Below are positions 17,648 to 27,680 of a stretch of DNA of 36,182 nt, in pieces (position 1 is the stretch's first letter; every line of letters begins with the position of its first letter). The notes beneath the pieces were generated by a model. It had not been told where the DNA came from and made no database searches. It saw nothing but the letters and a program-made list of their open reading frames with translations. The translations under genes were made by a program, and so were the position numbers. The stretch comes from Nanobdellota archaeon (GTDB lineage: Archaea > Nanobdellota > Nanobdellia > Woesearchaeales > JAHWHD01), in contig JAYENX010000036.1 in NCBI GenBank assembly GCA_034722435.1, positions 1 to 36,182 of the forward strand, read 5' to 3'.

Positions 17648-18720
17648 TTTTTTTTCCTTTTAATCAAATCAACGAACGCATCAATTCTTGTATCAAAACC
17701 TGTTTCGCTTGAATGTTCGTCCCTTGTTAAATGCATTATAGGGATTTCATAATCTCTGCTGACTTTTTGAAGAGCAGCTTTAGCATTAATCTCAGGCATA
17801 CACCCGAACGCATGCATTTGTATAACTCCGTCAAACTTATTCTGTGCATACCATACAGCTCTGCCCACACAATGATTACTATATCCTCCAATTATTTCTT
17901 TAATATATGGCTCTGCAAGTTTATGGTTAAGTTTGAAACTTTTATCCTTGAACGGCCCTAAAATCTTGAACGGTCTCCTTAACATTTCGTTAGTGTAAAG
18001 CGATTTATCAACTAACACCCCTTTATCTCCAAGTTTCTCTACAATATCTTGGTTATAGAACGGTTCTATTAATGCAAACAGGTCACCAACAAAACCAATC
18101 TTGACAACTGTTCTCGAATTATCAACCTTTATTTTTTCATGTAATATTTTGATCTCTTTTTTAGCTTTTTTCAAAGATTCACTCGCTTTAAATATCTCCA
18201 AACCTTTATTGTAAAGTTTGGTTGAATCTCCTTTTTCAACTTCATAAGGTCGGGTATCTGTACAAAGTTTCTCTAACCAATCAAGAGCATGTAAGAATCT
18301 TAGATGTTGTGCAGTGTGTTTAATTCCTTCCTTAAGCCCTACTGTTCTTCCTGCTAATTTGCTCATATTATTAAGTAAATCTTTTGTATCGGTACCTAGA
18401 ATCGGTATATATTCTACGTTATATCCTAATCTCTTAAGAATTTTCATGATACCCGCAATATAATCTGCTCCTCTACAATTATAGATGCTTTTCATAGGAT
18501 AAATAGAGATAACTTCAGCACCATTCTCAGCAGCTTCGATAAACGAACCTACAAATATCTTAAACGGAAAACATGCCGAATCCGGACTATGCTTAACTCC
18601 TAGTTCAATAGTTTTATTGGTTATCTTTGGCGGAGTTACTGGTTCACACCCTAACCTTTTAAAAAAATCTTCAAAAGCAATATATCCGTGTCCTATGTGA
18701 TAATATGTAACCTTTTTCAT
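17644..18720 (-). CDS. 2-hydroxyacyl-CoA dehydratase D-component-like Fe-S reductase subunit (PlsR-like)
   Basis: SPDSACFPFK..VG, YNCR, KIGFVGD, GGY, FGCMPE..A, DEHSSETG..TRIDAFVD. Confidence 0.8.
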   Translation of the reverse strand: MKKVTYYHIGHGYIAFEDFFKRLGCEPVTPPKITNKTIELGVKHSPDSACFPFKIFVGSFIEAAENGAEVISIYPMKSIYNCRGADYIAGIMKILKRLGYNVEYIPILGTDTKDLLNNMSKLAGRTVGLKEGIKHTAQHLRFLHALDWLEKLCTDTRPYEVEKGDSTKLYNKGLEIFKASESLKKAKKEIKILHEKIKVDNSRTVVKIGFVGDLFALIEPFYNQDIVEKLGDKGVLVDKSLYTNEMLRRPFKILGPFKDKSFKLNHKLAEPYIKEIIGGYSNHCVGRAVWYAQNKFDGVIQMHAFGCMPEINAKAALQKVSRDYEIPIMHLTRDEHSSETGFDTRIDAFVDLIKRKKN

Positions 18721-19538
18721 AGTATATCTGTGAACGCCTCCAATCTAGTTATTAACCCTGTTTCGCTTGAATGTTCATCTAATCTTAACACTAACATAGG
18801 TTTATCAACATTCACTAGTTCTTCAACAATAAAATCAGGCCCGCAATTAAATGGTTTGATATATATGATTCCTGATATTTTATCATCAGAATTAAACTTC
18901 TTTATTGAAGCTATTAATTTGTTAACATTTGTCCAATGAGTTAGTTTCTCTACATTTTTAGGATTTATATTTGTTACAACATCATAACCATAATCTTTTA
19001 ACTTCTTTTTCATGTCAAGATTTAATTTATTATCAAACAAATAATAACTTCTACCTACTAAAGCGACTGTTTTGTTCTTAAAAAAGTCAACATTCACTTC
19101 TACAAGATTTTTCAATTTTTCATATATTTTCTTAATATCTCCTTTTCCTAGCTTTTTCGCGAGCGCCTGGTAACTTTCCAAATCGTCCCTGAAGTCCACA
19201 TCCAAAATTTTAACCCCTTCAATACTGTTCTTTACTAGATCCGGAACACCTATAATGTTAGGACAATGATAAATCCATTCCTCGCTACTTCTTATCCTTG
19301 GAATAAACACTATATCACATTTATCTTTAAGCCAGAGAACATGTCCTATGAACACTTTTATAGGAAGACAATAATCAGTTAAAGTATTCTTTAGACCTTC
19401 ATCATATATTTCGTTATCTGTATCAGGAGATACTACTACTTCAAAACCTAACTCTTTAAAGAAACGTTCCCACTTCTTACCATATTCGAAGAACATTAAA
19501 GCTCTCGGTATACCTATTTTCATTATACCTTTCTTCAT
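18717..19538 (-). CDS. CoA-activase-associated reductase domain protein (DUF2229-like)
   Basis: KIGIPRAL, W..FF.ELG.EVVVS, CLPIKVF.GHV, HCP..IG.PD, LVGRSY, FNCGPD, DEHSSETG..TRLEAF; ATGA overlap with the next gene. Confidence 0.82.
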   Translation of the reverse strand: MKKGIMKIGIPRALMFFEYGKKWERFFKELGFEVVVSPDTDNEIYDEGLKNTLTDYCLPIKVFIGHVLWLKDKCDIVFIPRIRSSEEWIYHCPNIIGVPDLVKNSIEGVKILDVDFRDDLESYQALAKKLGKGDIKKIYEKLKNLVEVNVDFFKNKTVALVGRSYYLFDNKLNLDMKKKLKDYGYDVVTNINPKNVEKLTHWTNVNKLIASIKKFNSDDKISGIIYIKPFNCGPDFIVEELVNVDKPMLVLRLDEHSSETGLITRLEAFTDIL

Positions 19539-19667
19539 ATTACTAAGAAACTAACTATCTATTTTTAAAGTTTATTGTGAAACATACACATAGATTATTA
19601 AGTATATATTGAGCACAATATTTAAATATCCTTTATACAGCTTTTAAACAAATGAGGTGATTTTCCT

Positions 19668-20171
19668 ATGAAAAAAATACTTATGATTATTGCTCCAGAA
19701 AACTTTAGAGATGAAGAGTGTCTTATTCCTAAAGAGACTTTTGAAGCAGCAGGTGCGGATGTAACTATTGCATCAACTGAATCTGGCATGAAAAAAGGTA
19801 TGCTTGGAGCAGAGGTAGAAGCAACAATTTCTTATGTGGATGTTAGCATTGAAGATTACGATGTGATTGTTTTTGTAGGCGGTACAGGCGCAACGGTCTA
19901 CTTTGAAGATGAAACTGCGCAGGCTTTAGCCAGAAACGCTGCAGTCGCGCATAAACTTGTAGCAGCAATTTGTATATCTCCTTCGATCCTGGCAAATGCA
20001 GGACTTCTTGAAGGAAAGAACGCTACTGTTTACGAATCTGAAAAAGCAAACATAGAATCTAAAGGCGCACACTATACTGGAGATAATGTTACAGTAGACG
20101 GAAATATTATCACAGCTAATGGCCCACATGCTTCTAAAGAGTTTGCTGAAAAGATAATAGAACTTTGGTAA
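19668..20171 (+). CDS. DJ-1/PfpI family protein
   Basis: FRDEE, YDVIVFVGG.G, AAICISP nucleophile Cys, ITANGP; GAGGTGA SD. Confidence 0.92.
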   Translation: MKKILMIIAPENFRDEECLIPKETFEAAGADVTIASTESGMKKGMLGAEVEATISYVDVSIEDYDVIVFVGGTGATVYFEDETAQALARNAAVAHKLVAAICISPSILANAGLLEGKNATVYESEKANIESKGAHYTGDNVTVDGNIITANGPHASKEFAEKIIELW

Positions 20172-20242
20172 ACTTTTTTTAATCTATTTTATTCTAATGT
20201 TAATAATAAAGATAAAAAAAAGAAATAATTTAAAATTATACT

Positions 20243-21280
20243 TCAGATTCCTTCTTCAACAACTGTCATCACTAACTTCGTCATATTCTCTAAATCTTCT
20301 ATGTCAATTATCTGGTTAGGTGTATGCCAATACTTTGTAGGAACGCCTAACGTTATTGTAGGAAAACCTTCAGCAGTTATTTGCATTGCTGCAGAGTTAG
20401 TAACTCCCGGTACTGCTGCACTTGTCGTATCTATCTGAAGAGGTATTTTATGTTTTTCGGCTTTCTCCTTGAACACTTTAAGAAGTTTAGGGTTCACGAT
20501 AAGTCCTCTACCAAGATACTCGACTAAAGTGATGATCGGTCCGTCTCCAACCTCGGTTCCCATCTCCCATTTTTTTGCCATTGGCGGTCTTCCATGGCCC
20601 ATTTCTAACGTAATAATATAATCCGGCTTAATCTTTGCCGCAGCTACTCTCGCACCTTTAAGTCCTACTTCTTCTTGCGAACTAAATACCCCATAAATAG
20701 TTCCTTTGAACTCTTTAATCTGTTTAAGGATTTTAACTAAAGAAGCAGTACCTACTCTGTTATCAAAAGCTTTTGCCATGTACTTGGTACCGCTAAGATG
20801 TTCAAAAGTACCTTGTATTATTATAGAATCTCCATCTTTTATTCCTAACTTTTCAACCTCCTCCTTTGACGAAGCGCCTACATCAATAAACATATCTTTC
20901 CATTTAAGTTGTTTCTTGACTTCTTCTTCATCCATTAAAGAAGCAGGTTTGCACTGAATTACGCCAGTCACTTTCCCCTGCTTAGTCTGAATTGTAACTC
21001 TTTGATTTAAAATGTTAGGTGACCAGTGATAACCTATTGGAAAAAATCTTATAAATCCTTCATCCTCGATATACCTAACCATGAAACCAACTTCGTCCAT
21101 GTGCGCATCCAATAAATATACTGGACTTCCTTCCCCTTTTTTAACTATTAAATTACCTAACGCATCTTCTTCCATAGAATCAACATGATCTTTTAACATA
21201 TCTTTAAGGACTGTTCTTATACTTCCTTCATCACCTGATATAGAATTTGTCTCTGTTAGAATTTTCAATGTATCTTTCAT
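20243..21280 (-). CDS. M42-family (TET-like) aminopeptidase
   Basis: SISGDE, DALGNL, AHMDEVG, KAFDNRVG, SQEEVGLKGA, YWHTP. Confidence 0.92.
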   Translation of the reverse strand: MKDTLKILTETNSISGDEGSIRTVLKDMLKDHVDSMEEDALGNLIVKKGEGSPVYLLDAHMDEVGFMVRYIEDEGFIRFFPIGYHWSPNILNQRVTIQTKQGKVTGVIQCKPASLMDEEEVKKQLKWKDMFIDVGASSKEEVEKLGIKDGDSIIIQGTFEHLSGTKYMAKAFDNRVGTASLVKILKQIKEFKGTIYGVFSSQEEVGLKGARVAAAKIKPDYIITLEMGHGRPPMAKKWEMGTEVGDGPIITLVEYLGRGLIVNPKLLKVFKEKAEKHKIPLQIDTTSAAVPGVTNSAAMQITAEGFPTITLGVPTKYWHTPNQIIDIEDLENMTKLVMTVVEEGI

Positions 21281-21367
21281 TTTTCTGTACCTCCTAAGTA
21301 GAATCTTAATTTAATGTTTTATTTATATGTTTATTTGATTTGTTTATAAATGCGTTCCCATTAAAAC

Positions 21368-21838
21368 TTATTTATGTAATGTGGGTTCGTACCCGAACTT
21401 GCCCCTAAACCAGTCATTCCATTTTCCATTGAAAACACTTAAACAAATTCCTAATGGTGCCATTTTTAAAGCACCCTCTGCAGCTTTTTCAGAACCTGTT
21501 CCTACAACATTAAGAATACAATAATATGCTAAACCGTGTACTGCAACTGCATAAGTAGTATCTACAACATATTTTCTTAATTTAGAACTTTCGGGGGTCG
21601 TTCTGCATAATGTTGACCATTTTTCTCTACCCCATTGAAACGGATGACCTTTTACTAGATGAAATAAAGCACCTACTGCTCTTGCCTTTAAACTTTGTTC
21701 TGTTGTCAATCCTATATAATATATTTCCCATAAAATTGCTGGCGGGGTTGCATATATCATAGAAGCCATTGCATTCACTGCAGGTTCTTTCAAACCACTA
21801 ACAGCAGACTTAGTTTTATTAATTATATTTTCAAGCAT
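21368..21838 (-). CDS. L-alanine exporter AlaE-like membrane protein
   Basis: GLTTEQSLKAR resembles AlaE GMSFEQSLSSR; AYYCIL..VG and G...D..R..FG also follow the AlaE pattern. Confidence 0.6.
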   Translation of the reverse strand: MLENIINKTKSAVSGLKEPAVNAMASMIYATPPAILWEIYYIGLTTEQSLKARAVGALFHLVKGHPFQWGREKWSTLCRTTPESSKLRKYVVDTTYAVAVHGLAYYCILNVVGTGSEKAAEGALKMAPLGICLSVFNGKWNDWFRGKFGYEPTLHK

Positions 21839-21883
21839 ACGCTTTACAACTTTAGATTCTATTTAAAGTTAATTAGACATTTT

Positions 21884-22237
21884 TCAAAAATAGTTCTTAG
21901 CTAGATACCCTGACGTATACCCTAAAACATTTCCTGCTGTAGACATGATTGCCGCTATGTTAGCAAACCCTTTAATTGCAGCTGCAGAATTCTCAACATA
22001 CTCTTTTATTACTAATTTATCTTCAAGAGTATTTCCCTCAACTTCAGGTTCATTATCTCTTGAATAACTTCTATAACCAATCCAGCCTCCTACAAGGCTC
22101 ATAACTCCAACATGGAAAATCAAATTGCCGGGGTTTGCTTTACTATATGCCACAAAACTTCCATTAAAAAATCCCGTAATAAAAGACATAGTCGCAATAG
22201 AAACATAATCTCTTCCATTTACTGTGATTTCTCCCAT
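21884..22237 (-). CDS. Hypothetical membrane protein
   Basis: 117 aa with three Gly-rich hydrophobic segments. Confidence 0.65.
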   Translation of the reverse strand: MGEITVNGRDYVSIATMSFITGFFNGSFVAYSKANPGNLIFHVGVMSLVGGWIGYRSYSRDNEPEVEGNTLEDKLVIKEYVENSAAAIKGFANIAAIMSTAGNVLGYTSGYLAKNYF

Positions 22238-22268
22238 AAACTTAGAATGTCAAGATTGTATTTAAAGT

Positions 22269-23720
22269 TTAGTAACTCTTTCCAAACCTGAATAAGAACT
22301 TAGCAGATTTACCGCACTGTACGCACTTTTTACCTTTTACATCTGGCTGTTTCAGGGGCATGTTAAGTGTTTTTGCACCACCAGATTTATCTTTAATAAC
22401 TTCTTCACACTCGACAGAACCACAGAAATATGAGTTTACAATCTTTCCTTCTTTGACACTTTTCATGAACTCTTTCCAATCCTTAGCATCAACTGTACTA
22501 TTTTTCAGCATCTTCTTAGCATTTCTTAAAAGAGCTTTCTGCATACTATCCATTTCAGTAACAACTTCTTTATCAACATCTTTAATTGAAACAGCTTTTT
22601 TATCTCCTGTATCTCTTCTTGCCATCATTACAGAATTATTTGCAAGATCTCTTGGACCTAGCTCCAGTCTAATCGGGATACCTTTCAGTTCCCATTCATT
22701 AAATTTCCAACCAGGAGAATAATCCGTTCTATCATCTATAAACGCAGTAACTCCACTCTTTTCTAATTTTTCTTTAATTTCTATAGCCTTCTTCAAAACT
22801 TTATCTTTACTATCATCAAACAATATAGGAATTATAACTACTTGTTCAGGAGCTAACTTAGGCGGCATTACTAAACCTTTATCATCAGAATGTATCATGA
22901 CCATTATACCCAGCATTCTTGTAGATATTGCCCAAGTATTCTGCCATACATACTGCTCATTCTCTTTCTCATCCTTGAACTTTATATCGTAAGCTTTTGC
23001 AAAATTTTGTCCATCGTGATGAAAATCCGGACCTTGCGCAGCTTTACCATTAGGAAGCAGAAATTCCATTGAAACTGTAAACACAGCACCTGCAAACTTT
23101 TCTTTTTCACTCTTTTTACCAAAATAAAACGGTAATGCTAAATAATTCTCACAAATATCAGTATACATATTAATAATTGGCTTTTGCTCAGCCAGTGCAT
23201 CTTTCTCAGTTGCAAAAACTGTATGCCCTTCATTAAATACAAACTCTCTGGTTCTCATCAAAGGTGTTGCATGTTTAAATTCCCACCTTATAACATTACT
23301 CCACTGGTTATACTTTTGTGGAAGATCTCTCCACGACCTTACCCATTTAGAAAAACTAGGATACATGATAGCTTCTGATGTAGGCCTTATAGCTAACCTT
23401 TCATTCAATTTAGTTTCTCCCGCATGAGTTACCCATGCAACTTCAGGAGCAAACCCTTCAACATGCGACGCTTCCTGTGCCAAAAACTTTTCAGGAATCA
23501 ACATTGGAAAATAAACATTCTTAACATTCATTGGTTTAAGTCTATTATCAATCTCGTCTCTGATCTTCTCCCATACAGCCCATATTCTAGGCTTGAAAAC
23601 TATACAACCAGAAACATCAGTATAATCCGCAAGGTCTGCTTTCTGTATAAGTTGAGTGAACCATTCACTAAAATCTTCATCCTTTTTTACAGTAAGACCT
23701 TGCTTTGACTTTTTTCCCAT
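22269..23720 (-). CDS. proS: Prolyl-tRNA synthetase (archaeal/eukaryotic type)
   Basis: DFSEWF, RPTSE, NQW.NVIRWE, RTREF, HH.GQNFAKA, TTWA-like NTWAISTR, C-terminal FGKSY. Confidence 0.98.
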   Translation of the reverse strand: MGKKSKQGLTVKKDEDFSEWFTQLIQKADLADYTDVSGCIVFKPRIWAVWEKIRDEIDNRLKPMNVKNVYFPMLIPEKFLAQEASHVEGFAPEVAWVTHAGETKLNERLAIRPTSEAIMYPSFSKWVRSWRDLPQKYNQWSNVIRWEFKHATPLMRTREFVFNEGHTVFATEKDALAEQKPIINMYTDICENYLALPFYFGKKSEKEKFAGAVFTVSMEFLLPNGKAAQGPDFHHDGQNFAKAYDIKFKDEKENEQYVWQNTWAISTRMLGIMVMIHSDDKGLVMPPKLAPEQVVIIPILFDDSKDKVLKKAIEIKEKLEKSGVTAFIDDRTDYSPGWKFNEWELKGIPIRLELGPRDLANNSVMMARRDTGDKKAVSIKDVDKEVVTEMDSMQKALLRNAKKMLKNSTVDAKDWKEFMKSVKEGKIVNSYFCGSVECEEVIKDKSGGAKTLNMPLKQPDVKGKKCVQCGKSAKFLFRFGKSY

Positions 23721-23898
23721 AACAGAAATACAGAGATATATTGTTTATAAATGTTACTGAAATGTAGTAGATAACATAAATTAAATATATTTTAAACTCT
23801 CTACTATGTTGAAAAAGATAAAATTATTAATAATTTTTGTCTTTCTCTAATGCTTGTTTTGAGGATATCTTTATAAATTAACTTTAGCCACCATAGCA

Positions 23899-24690
23899 AT
23901 GAAGAAAGAATATTTTCAATGCCTTCCTGGTAAGTTATGTGAAACTGCTGACTGTTGCAAAGGAAAAGAAACTCCTGTCGCCCTTACACTTGGCGATTAT
24001 TCTAGGATTAAACAATATACTTCAGAATCATTAGAAGAAATCTGGAGAAAGCGCGGAAATGTTTGTCTTACTCCTCACTCAGTATTTGGCGAGATTATGC
24101 AAACCCTTGGCTTGTTCCATAACCCTTGCCCATACCTTTCAGACGAACATAGCTGCAGTATCTACGAATCCAGACCAATGGGTTGTATTGGTTTTCCTTT
24201 CTTACTTCTTTCAGATAAATCAGAAGAGTTAAAGACGGTATACCAATCTTTTCAATGTTTACATAATGTAAAACCTCCTCAGGACCATGAATTGCTTGCT
24301 AAAGAATTAATGATTCTTATGTACGAAGAGGCACGTATTGAACTTAGCATACTCGGAGATCCAAATGTCTGGACTGTAAGAACTGATCGCGATTATTTCA
24401 AACTTGCCGCTGATGCAATGAAGGTACAAGCGGCAAGAGATTTATCTGGACAGACTACAAGGAGCAAGTTTCTTACTAAAACAATCAGTCAAATGATACA
24501 ACTGCAAGAATCAGGCGAGTTAGCGCAAGGTATTCACGCAAACCTTTTCAGGTACTTGCTTGAACCAGTAATATTCGCTCTTGCTGAAGACAAGGTTGCA
24601 GCTAAACTTGCAGCTCTGGAAAACAAAGTAGATACTCATTTCAAGGAAACAACTGAAAGGTATAGAGAAATAAAAAGAAAAATAAAATAA
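23899..24690 (+). CDS. YkgJ-family cysteine-cluster protein (putative Zn or Fe-S binding)
   Basis: C...ADCC...; CPYL....CSIYESRP.GC..FP. Confidence 0.8.
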   Translation: MKKEYFQCLPGKLCETADCCKGKETPVALTLGDYSRIKQYTSESLEEIWRKRGNVCLTPHSVFGEIMQTLGLFHNPCPYLSDEHSCSIYESRPMGCIGFPFLLLSDKSEELKTVYQSFQCLHNVKPPQDHELLAKELMILMYEEARIELSILGDPNVWTVRTDRDYFKLAADAMKVQAARDLSGQTTRSKFLTKTISQMIQLQESGELAQGIHANLFRYLLEPVIFALAEDKVAAKLAALENKVDTHFKETTERYREIKRKIK

Positions 24691-24699
24691 TAATTTTAA

Positions 24700-24882
24700 T
24701 TATTTACACATTGGACATCCGTGTCCTTTGATGTGTACTAGACCAAGTATTAAAAACAATACTGTCCACCACTGGATACCGTAAAAAGTCCACGATCCTA
24801 AATCAACTAACAAAAACAAGATACCAATAATTAAAAACAAAGCACCCATTGTTTTACCGCATGTTTCACTTAAGTTATGCAT
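24700..24882 (-). CDS. Small two-TM membrane protein with C-terminal CxxC
   Basis: GAGGTTGA SD; GALFLIIGILFLL.DLG...WWTVLFLILG...CPMC. Confidence 0.75.
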   Translation of the reverse strand: MHNLSETCGKTMGALFLIIGILFLLVDLGSWTFYGIQWWTVLFLILGLVHIKGHGCPMCK

Positions 24883-25024
24883 TTTTTATCAACCTCTATT
24901 TTATTTTTAAAAACTCTTTGATACGATTATATTAACCATTGTATTTAAATCTTTATTTTCTTAAACTCATATTTTAATATCATACAATACTCTTATATAC
25001 TTTTATCTCTCCCATTTTAATTAT

Positions 25025-25768
25025 ATGAACTCTAAGATTGCTATAATACCTTTGCAAGAAAATTCATCGGTTCTTGAAAAATCAAAAGAATTAAATGTAT
25101 TATTTTCAGATTTTAATTCACTCATTATTACTGATCAAGAAATTCCTTCTAGTGTTATTTTTAAACTTGAACTCTCAGAAGAACTTTTGAAATCTAACCA
25201 ACTTACAATCATCGATTGCAGAACGCATGAAAAAGAGATTGTTAAACTAAATCTTGCAGCCGTAAATATAATCAATAGTGACTGCAAACCAAATATTCCT
25301 ATGACAAAAAGGAACATTGTTGCCTGTATTCTGAAACATCATACGGATGATAAATTTTTATTTCTTAAATGGAAAACAACATCCTGGAGATCTTTTGTTT
25401 CTGGAGGTAGGGACGGAAAATCTGTTGAAGAATCCGGAATGCAGGAGATAGTTGAAGAAACTGGATACAAAGATATAAGATTTATTAAAGAACTTGATTG
25501 CGAAGCATTTGATAAGTTTTACGCCCCGCACAAGAACGTTAATCGTTTTATTAACACTAAATGCGGAGTATTCCAGTTAATTAATGATGAACAAGTTGAA
25601 ATTTCAGATAAAGAAAAAGAGTTACACGAATGCGTCTGGGTAGATAAAACTCATCTTAGGGACAGTCTAAATATAGAAGCTAATAAGTTTTTTTGGGACG
25701 TTTACAACAATAATTATTTTTCGTTAAAAGGATTAAAAGATTATATTCTGTATAAGTTAAGTGAATAA
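25025..25768 (+). CDS. NUDIX-domain protein with unassigned N-terminal region
   Basis: SGGRDGKSVEESGMQEIVEETGY, a Nudix-box variant. Confidence 0.7.
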   Translation: MNSKIAIIPLQENSSVLEKSKELNVLFSDFNSLIITDQEIPSSVIFKLELSEELLKSNQLTIIDCRTHEKEIVKLNLAAVNIINSDCKPNIPMTKRNIVACILKHHTDDKFLFLKWKTTSWRSFVSGGRDGKSVEESGMQEIVEETGYKDIRFIKELDCEAFDKFYAPHKNVNRFINTKCGVFQLINDEQVEISDKEKELHECVWVDKTHLRDSLNIEANKFFWDVYNNNYFSLKGLKDYILYKLSE

Positions 25769-25783
25769 TTATTATAAACTTTT

Positions 25784-26293
25784 TTACAAAAAGAAATAAA
25801 TCGCGTACAACAAACCCACTCCTACAACACCAATTAACCAACTATGTTTCTTTACATCTGCAATAACATCAGCTGTAAACCCGAACAGTACAATGATATA
25901 GAACGGCAGTATTGAACTCACAAGATTTGAAATAACTGCAGTATTAAAAATAAACTCAAACAAAAACAGCGATAAGTAAGCTAATACGGCCGTTATTATC
26001 GTAGCAAAGAACACGACTGTAGAAACTGTATAAACAAATTTTATAAAGCTAGTTTTTGACTTGAGCAACTTAGAAAATAAAAACATAACAACTATTGCTC
26101 CAAAAAATTGTATGAATATCTTAAGAAAACTGAGATGCGTTGTAAATATTTCTTCATAAGTCAAAGGGAGTGCTTGCAACAACACAACCATAATCAAACT
26201 AAACACTAACGCTTTAAAATTTGCATAACTTCTCACGGCTTCAATAGCATGATCATCAAACAGGCAAGATTTAAAATATTTAAACGGAATCAT
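25784..26293 (-). CDS. Polytopic membrane protein (Yip1-like topology)
   Basis: About 5 hydrophobic helices; ATGA overlap with the ASCH gene. Confidence 0.7.
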   Translation of the reverse strand: MIPFKYFKSCLFDDHAIEAVRSYANFKALVFSLIMVVLLQALPLTYEEIFTTHLSFLKIFIQFFGAIVVMFLFSKLLKSKTSFIKFVYTVSTVVFFATIITAVLAYLSLFLFEFIFNTAVISNLVSSILPFYIIVLFGFTADVIADVKKHSWLIGVVGVGLLYAIYFFL

Positions 26294-26565
26294 TTTGTTT
26301 TGTGATTTTTTATTTCTAATATTTTTCCTAATTTTATTGCATACACTTTTTCCCCTTCAAGGTTATCAAACTCTAACCCTTTAAATTCAATTCTCATAAA
26401 AGGGCAATCTTTGTTATATCCATTTTTAAAATGAATTTCATCATACTCTTTATTTAATCTTATGTTCCAATAAGGTTTAATATCTCTATACTCTTTTTTC
26501 TTTTCTCCTGATACAATTTTATCAAACCATTTCTTTTTCAAAGTAAGATGCAATACCCTAGTCAT
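26290..26565 (-). CDS. ASCH/PUA-like domain protein
   Basis: LHLTLKKKWFDKIVSGEKKKEYR..KPYW..RL...I.FKNGY; start at 26565 from ATGA overlap with the cyclase stop. Confidence 0.85.
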   Translation of the reverse strand: MTRVLHLTLKKKWFDKIVSGEKKKEYRDIKPYWNIRLNKEYDEIHFKNGYNKDCPFMRIEFKGLEFDNLEGEKVYAIKLGKILEIKNHKTK

Positions 26566-27680
26566 TTTGACTTCATCACATGCACACCGTTCCAATCATC
26601 ACCAGGAGGATTTTTCATAAACTCTGTACATCTACCTACATACATTTTAGTAGGTCCATCCTTGGGAAGACTTTCAAAAACTGCTAAAGCATTTGAAAAC
26701 CTTTTCTTCCTGTACATGCTAAGAGCATTTTTCCACTTTTCAACATGCTCATAATCTAGAAGGACTTCATGGATTATAATCGGAACTGTCTTACCTTTCA
26801 CAATAACTTTATCCAGTTCTCTAACTATGAAATGCCCTTTCACCTGTTCATATATATTATCGCTTATTATTATCTCTGTACCATAGAACTTGTTTGAACT
26901 CTCAAGCCGTGCAGACAGATTAACATGATCTCCTAGACAAGTATAATCAAATCTTTGCTCTGAACCCATGTTTCCGACAATAACGTCGCCTGAGTTTAAT
27001 CCAATACCAATTTTAACTTCTGGAAATCCTCGAGCACTCCAATCTTTATTACATTTTTTTAAAGCTTTAATCATGTCAATAGCACTTTGTACTGCTTGCC
27101 TGGTATGTTTAGGATCGTCAAGAGGTGCATTCCAAAAAGCCATGATTGCATCTCCTATAAACTTGTCCACAACACCCCTATTCTCTAGCACAATATCCGT
27201 CATCGCAGTAAGATATTCGTTTAACAACTCTACTAATTTCTCAGGACCTAACTTTTCAGATATAGTCGTGAATCCTCTTATATCAGAAAAAAGAATTGTA
27301 AGATTCTTCTTCTCACCACCCAGTTTTAATTTTGCTGGATCTTTTAACATTTCATCAATTATTGCAGGCATCACATATTGCTTGAAAGCGCTCTTTATTT
27401 TTTCCTTCTCTTTCTGTTCCTTTCTCCGTTTAGTATCCAGATAACTATACAAAAAATAAATTACTAAAGGAATAAAAGTGAAAAGAAATCTGTACTGTGT
27501 AAAGAAGTTCTTAACATTTGCTCCATAGAAAGATATCCACGTATCTGTAAATATTAGGAGAACAACTGAAAGAAAAACTATATACTTCATATCATCTGTC
27601 TTTCTGTACATTGCATGAAGTTTTACAACACCATACGCACAAATTATTGCTACTAGTATTGTTATTACAAGTTCAATCAT
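26562..27680 (-). CDS. Membrane-anchored class III adenylate cyclase
   Basis: 3 N-terminal TMs; LFSDIRGFT, DKFIGDA, YTCLGD.VNLSARLE (both metal Asp, Lys/Thr ATP-specifying residues, Asn/Arg); TPR-like C-terminal tail. Confidence 0.93.
   Translation of the reverse strand: MIELVITILVAIICAYGVVKLHAMYRKTDDMKYIVFLSVVLLIFTDTWISFYGANVKNFFTQYRFLFTFIPLVIYFLYSYLDTKRRKEQKEKEKIKSAFKQYVMPAIIDEMLKDPAKLKLGGEKKNLTILFSDIRGFTTISEKLGPEKLVELLNEYLTAMTDIVLENRGVVDKFIGDAIMAFWNAPLDDPKHTRQAVQSAIDMIKALKKCNKDWSARGFPEVKIGIGLNSGDVIVGNMGSEQRFDYTCLGDHVNLSARLESSNKFYGTEIIISDNIYEQVKGHFIVRELDKVIVKGKTVPIIIHEVLLDYEHVEKWKNALSMYRKKRFSNALAVFESLPKDGPTKMYVGRCTEFMKNPPGDDWNGVHVMKSK

Noticed and set aside
17699-18776. Identical 20-mer CCTGTTTCGCTTGAATGTTC at 17699-17718 and 18757-18776
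   Set aside because: Both copies encode the conserved EHSSETG motif of the two paralogs. Shared ancestry or local conversion explains it; it is not a mobile-element or CRISPR repeat.
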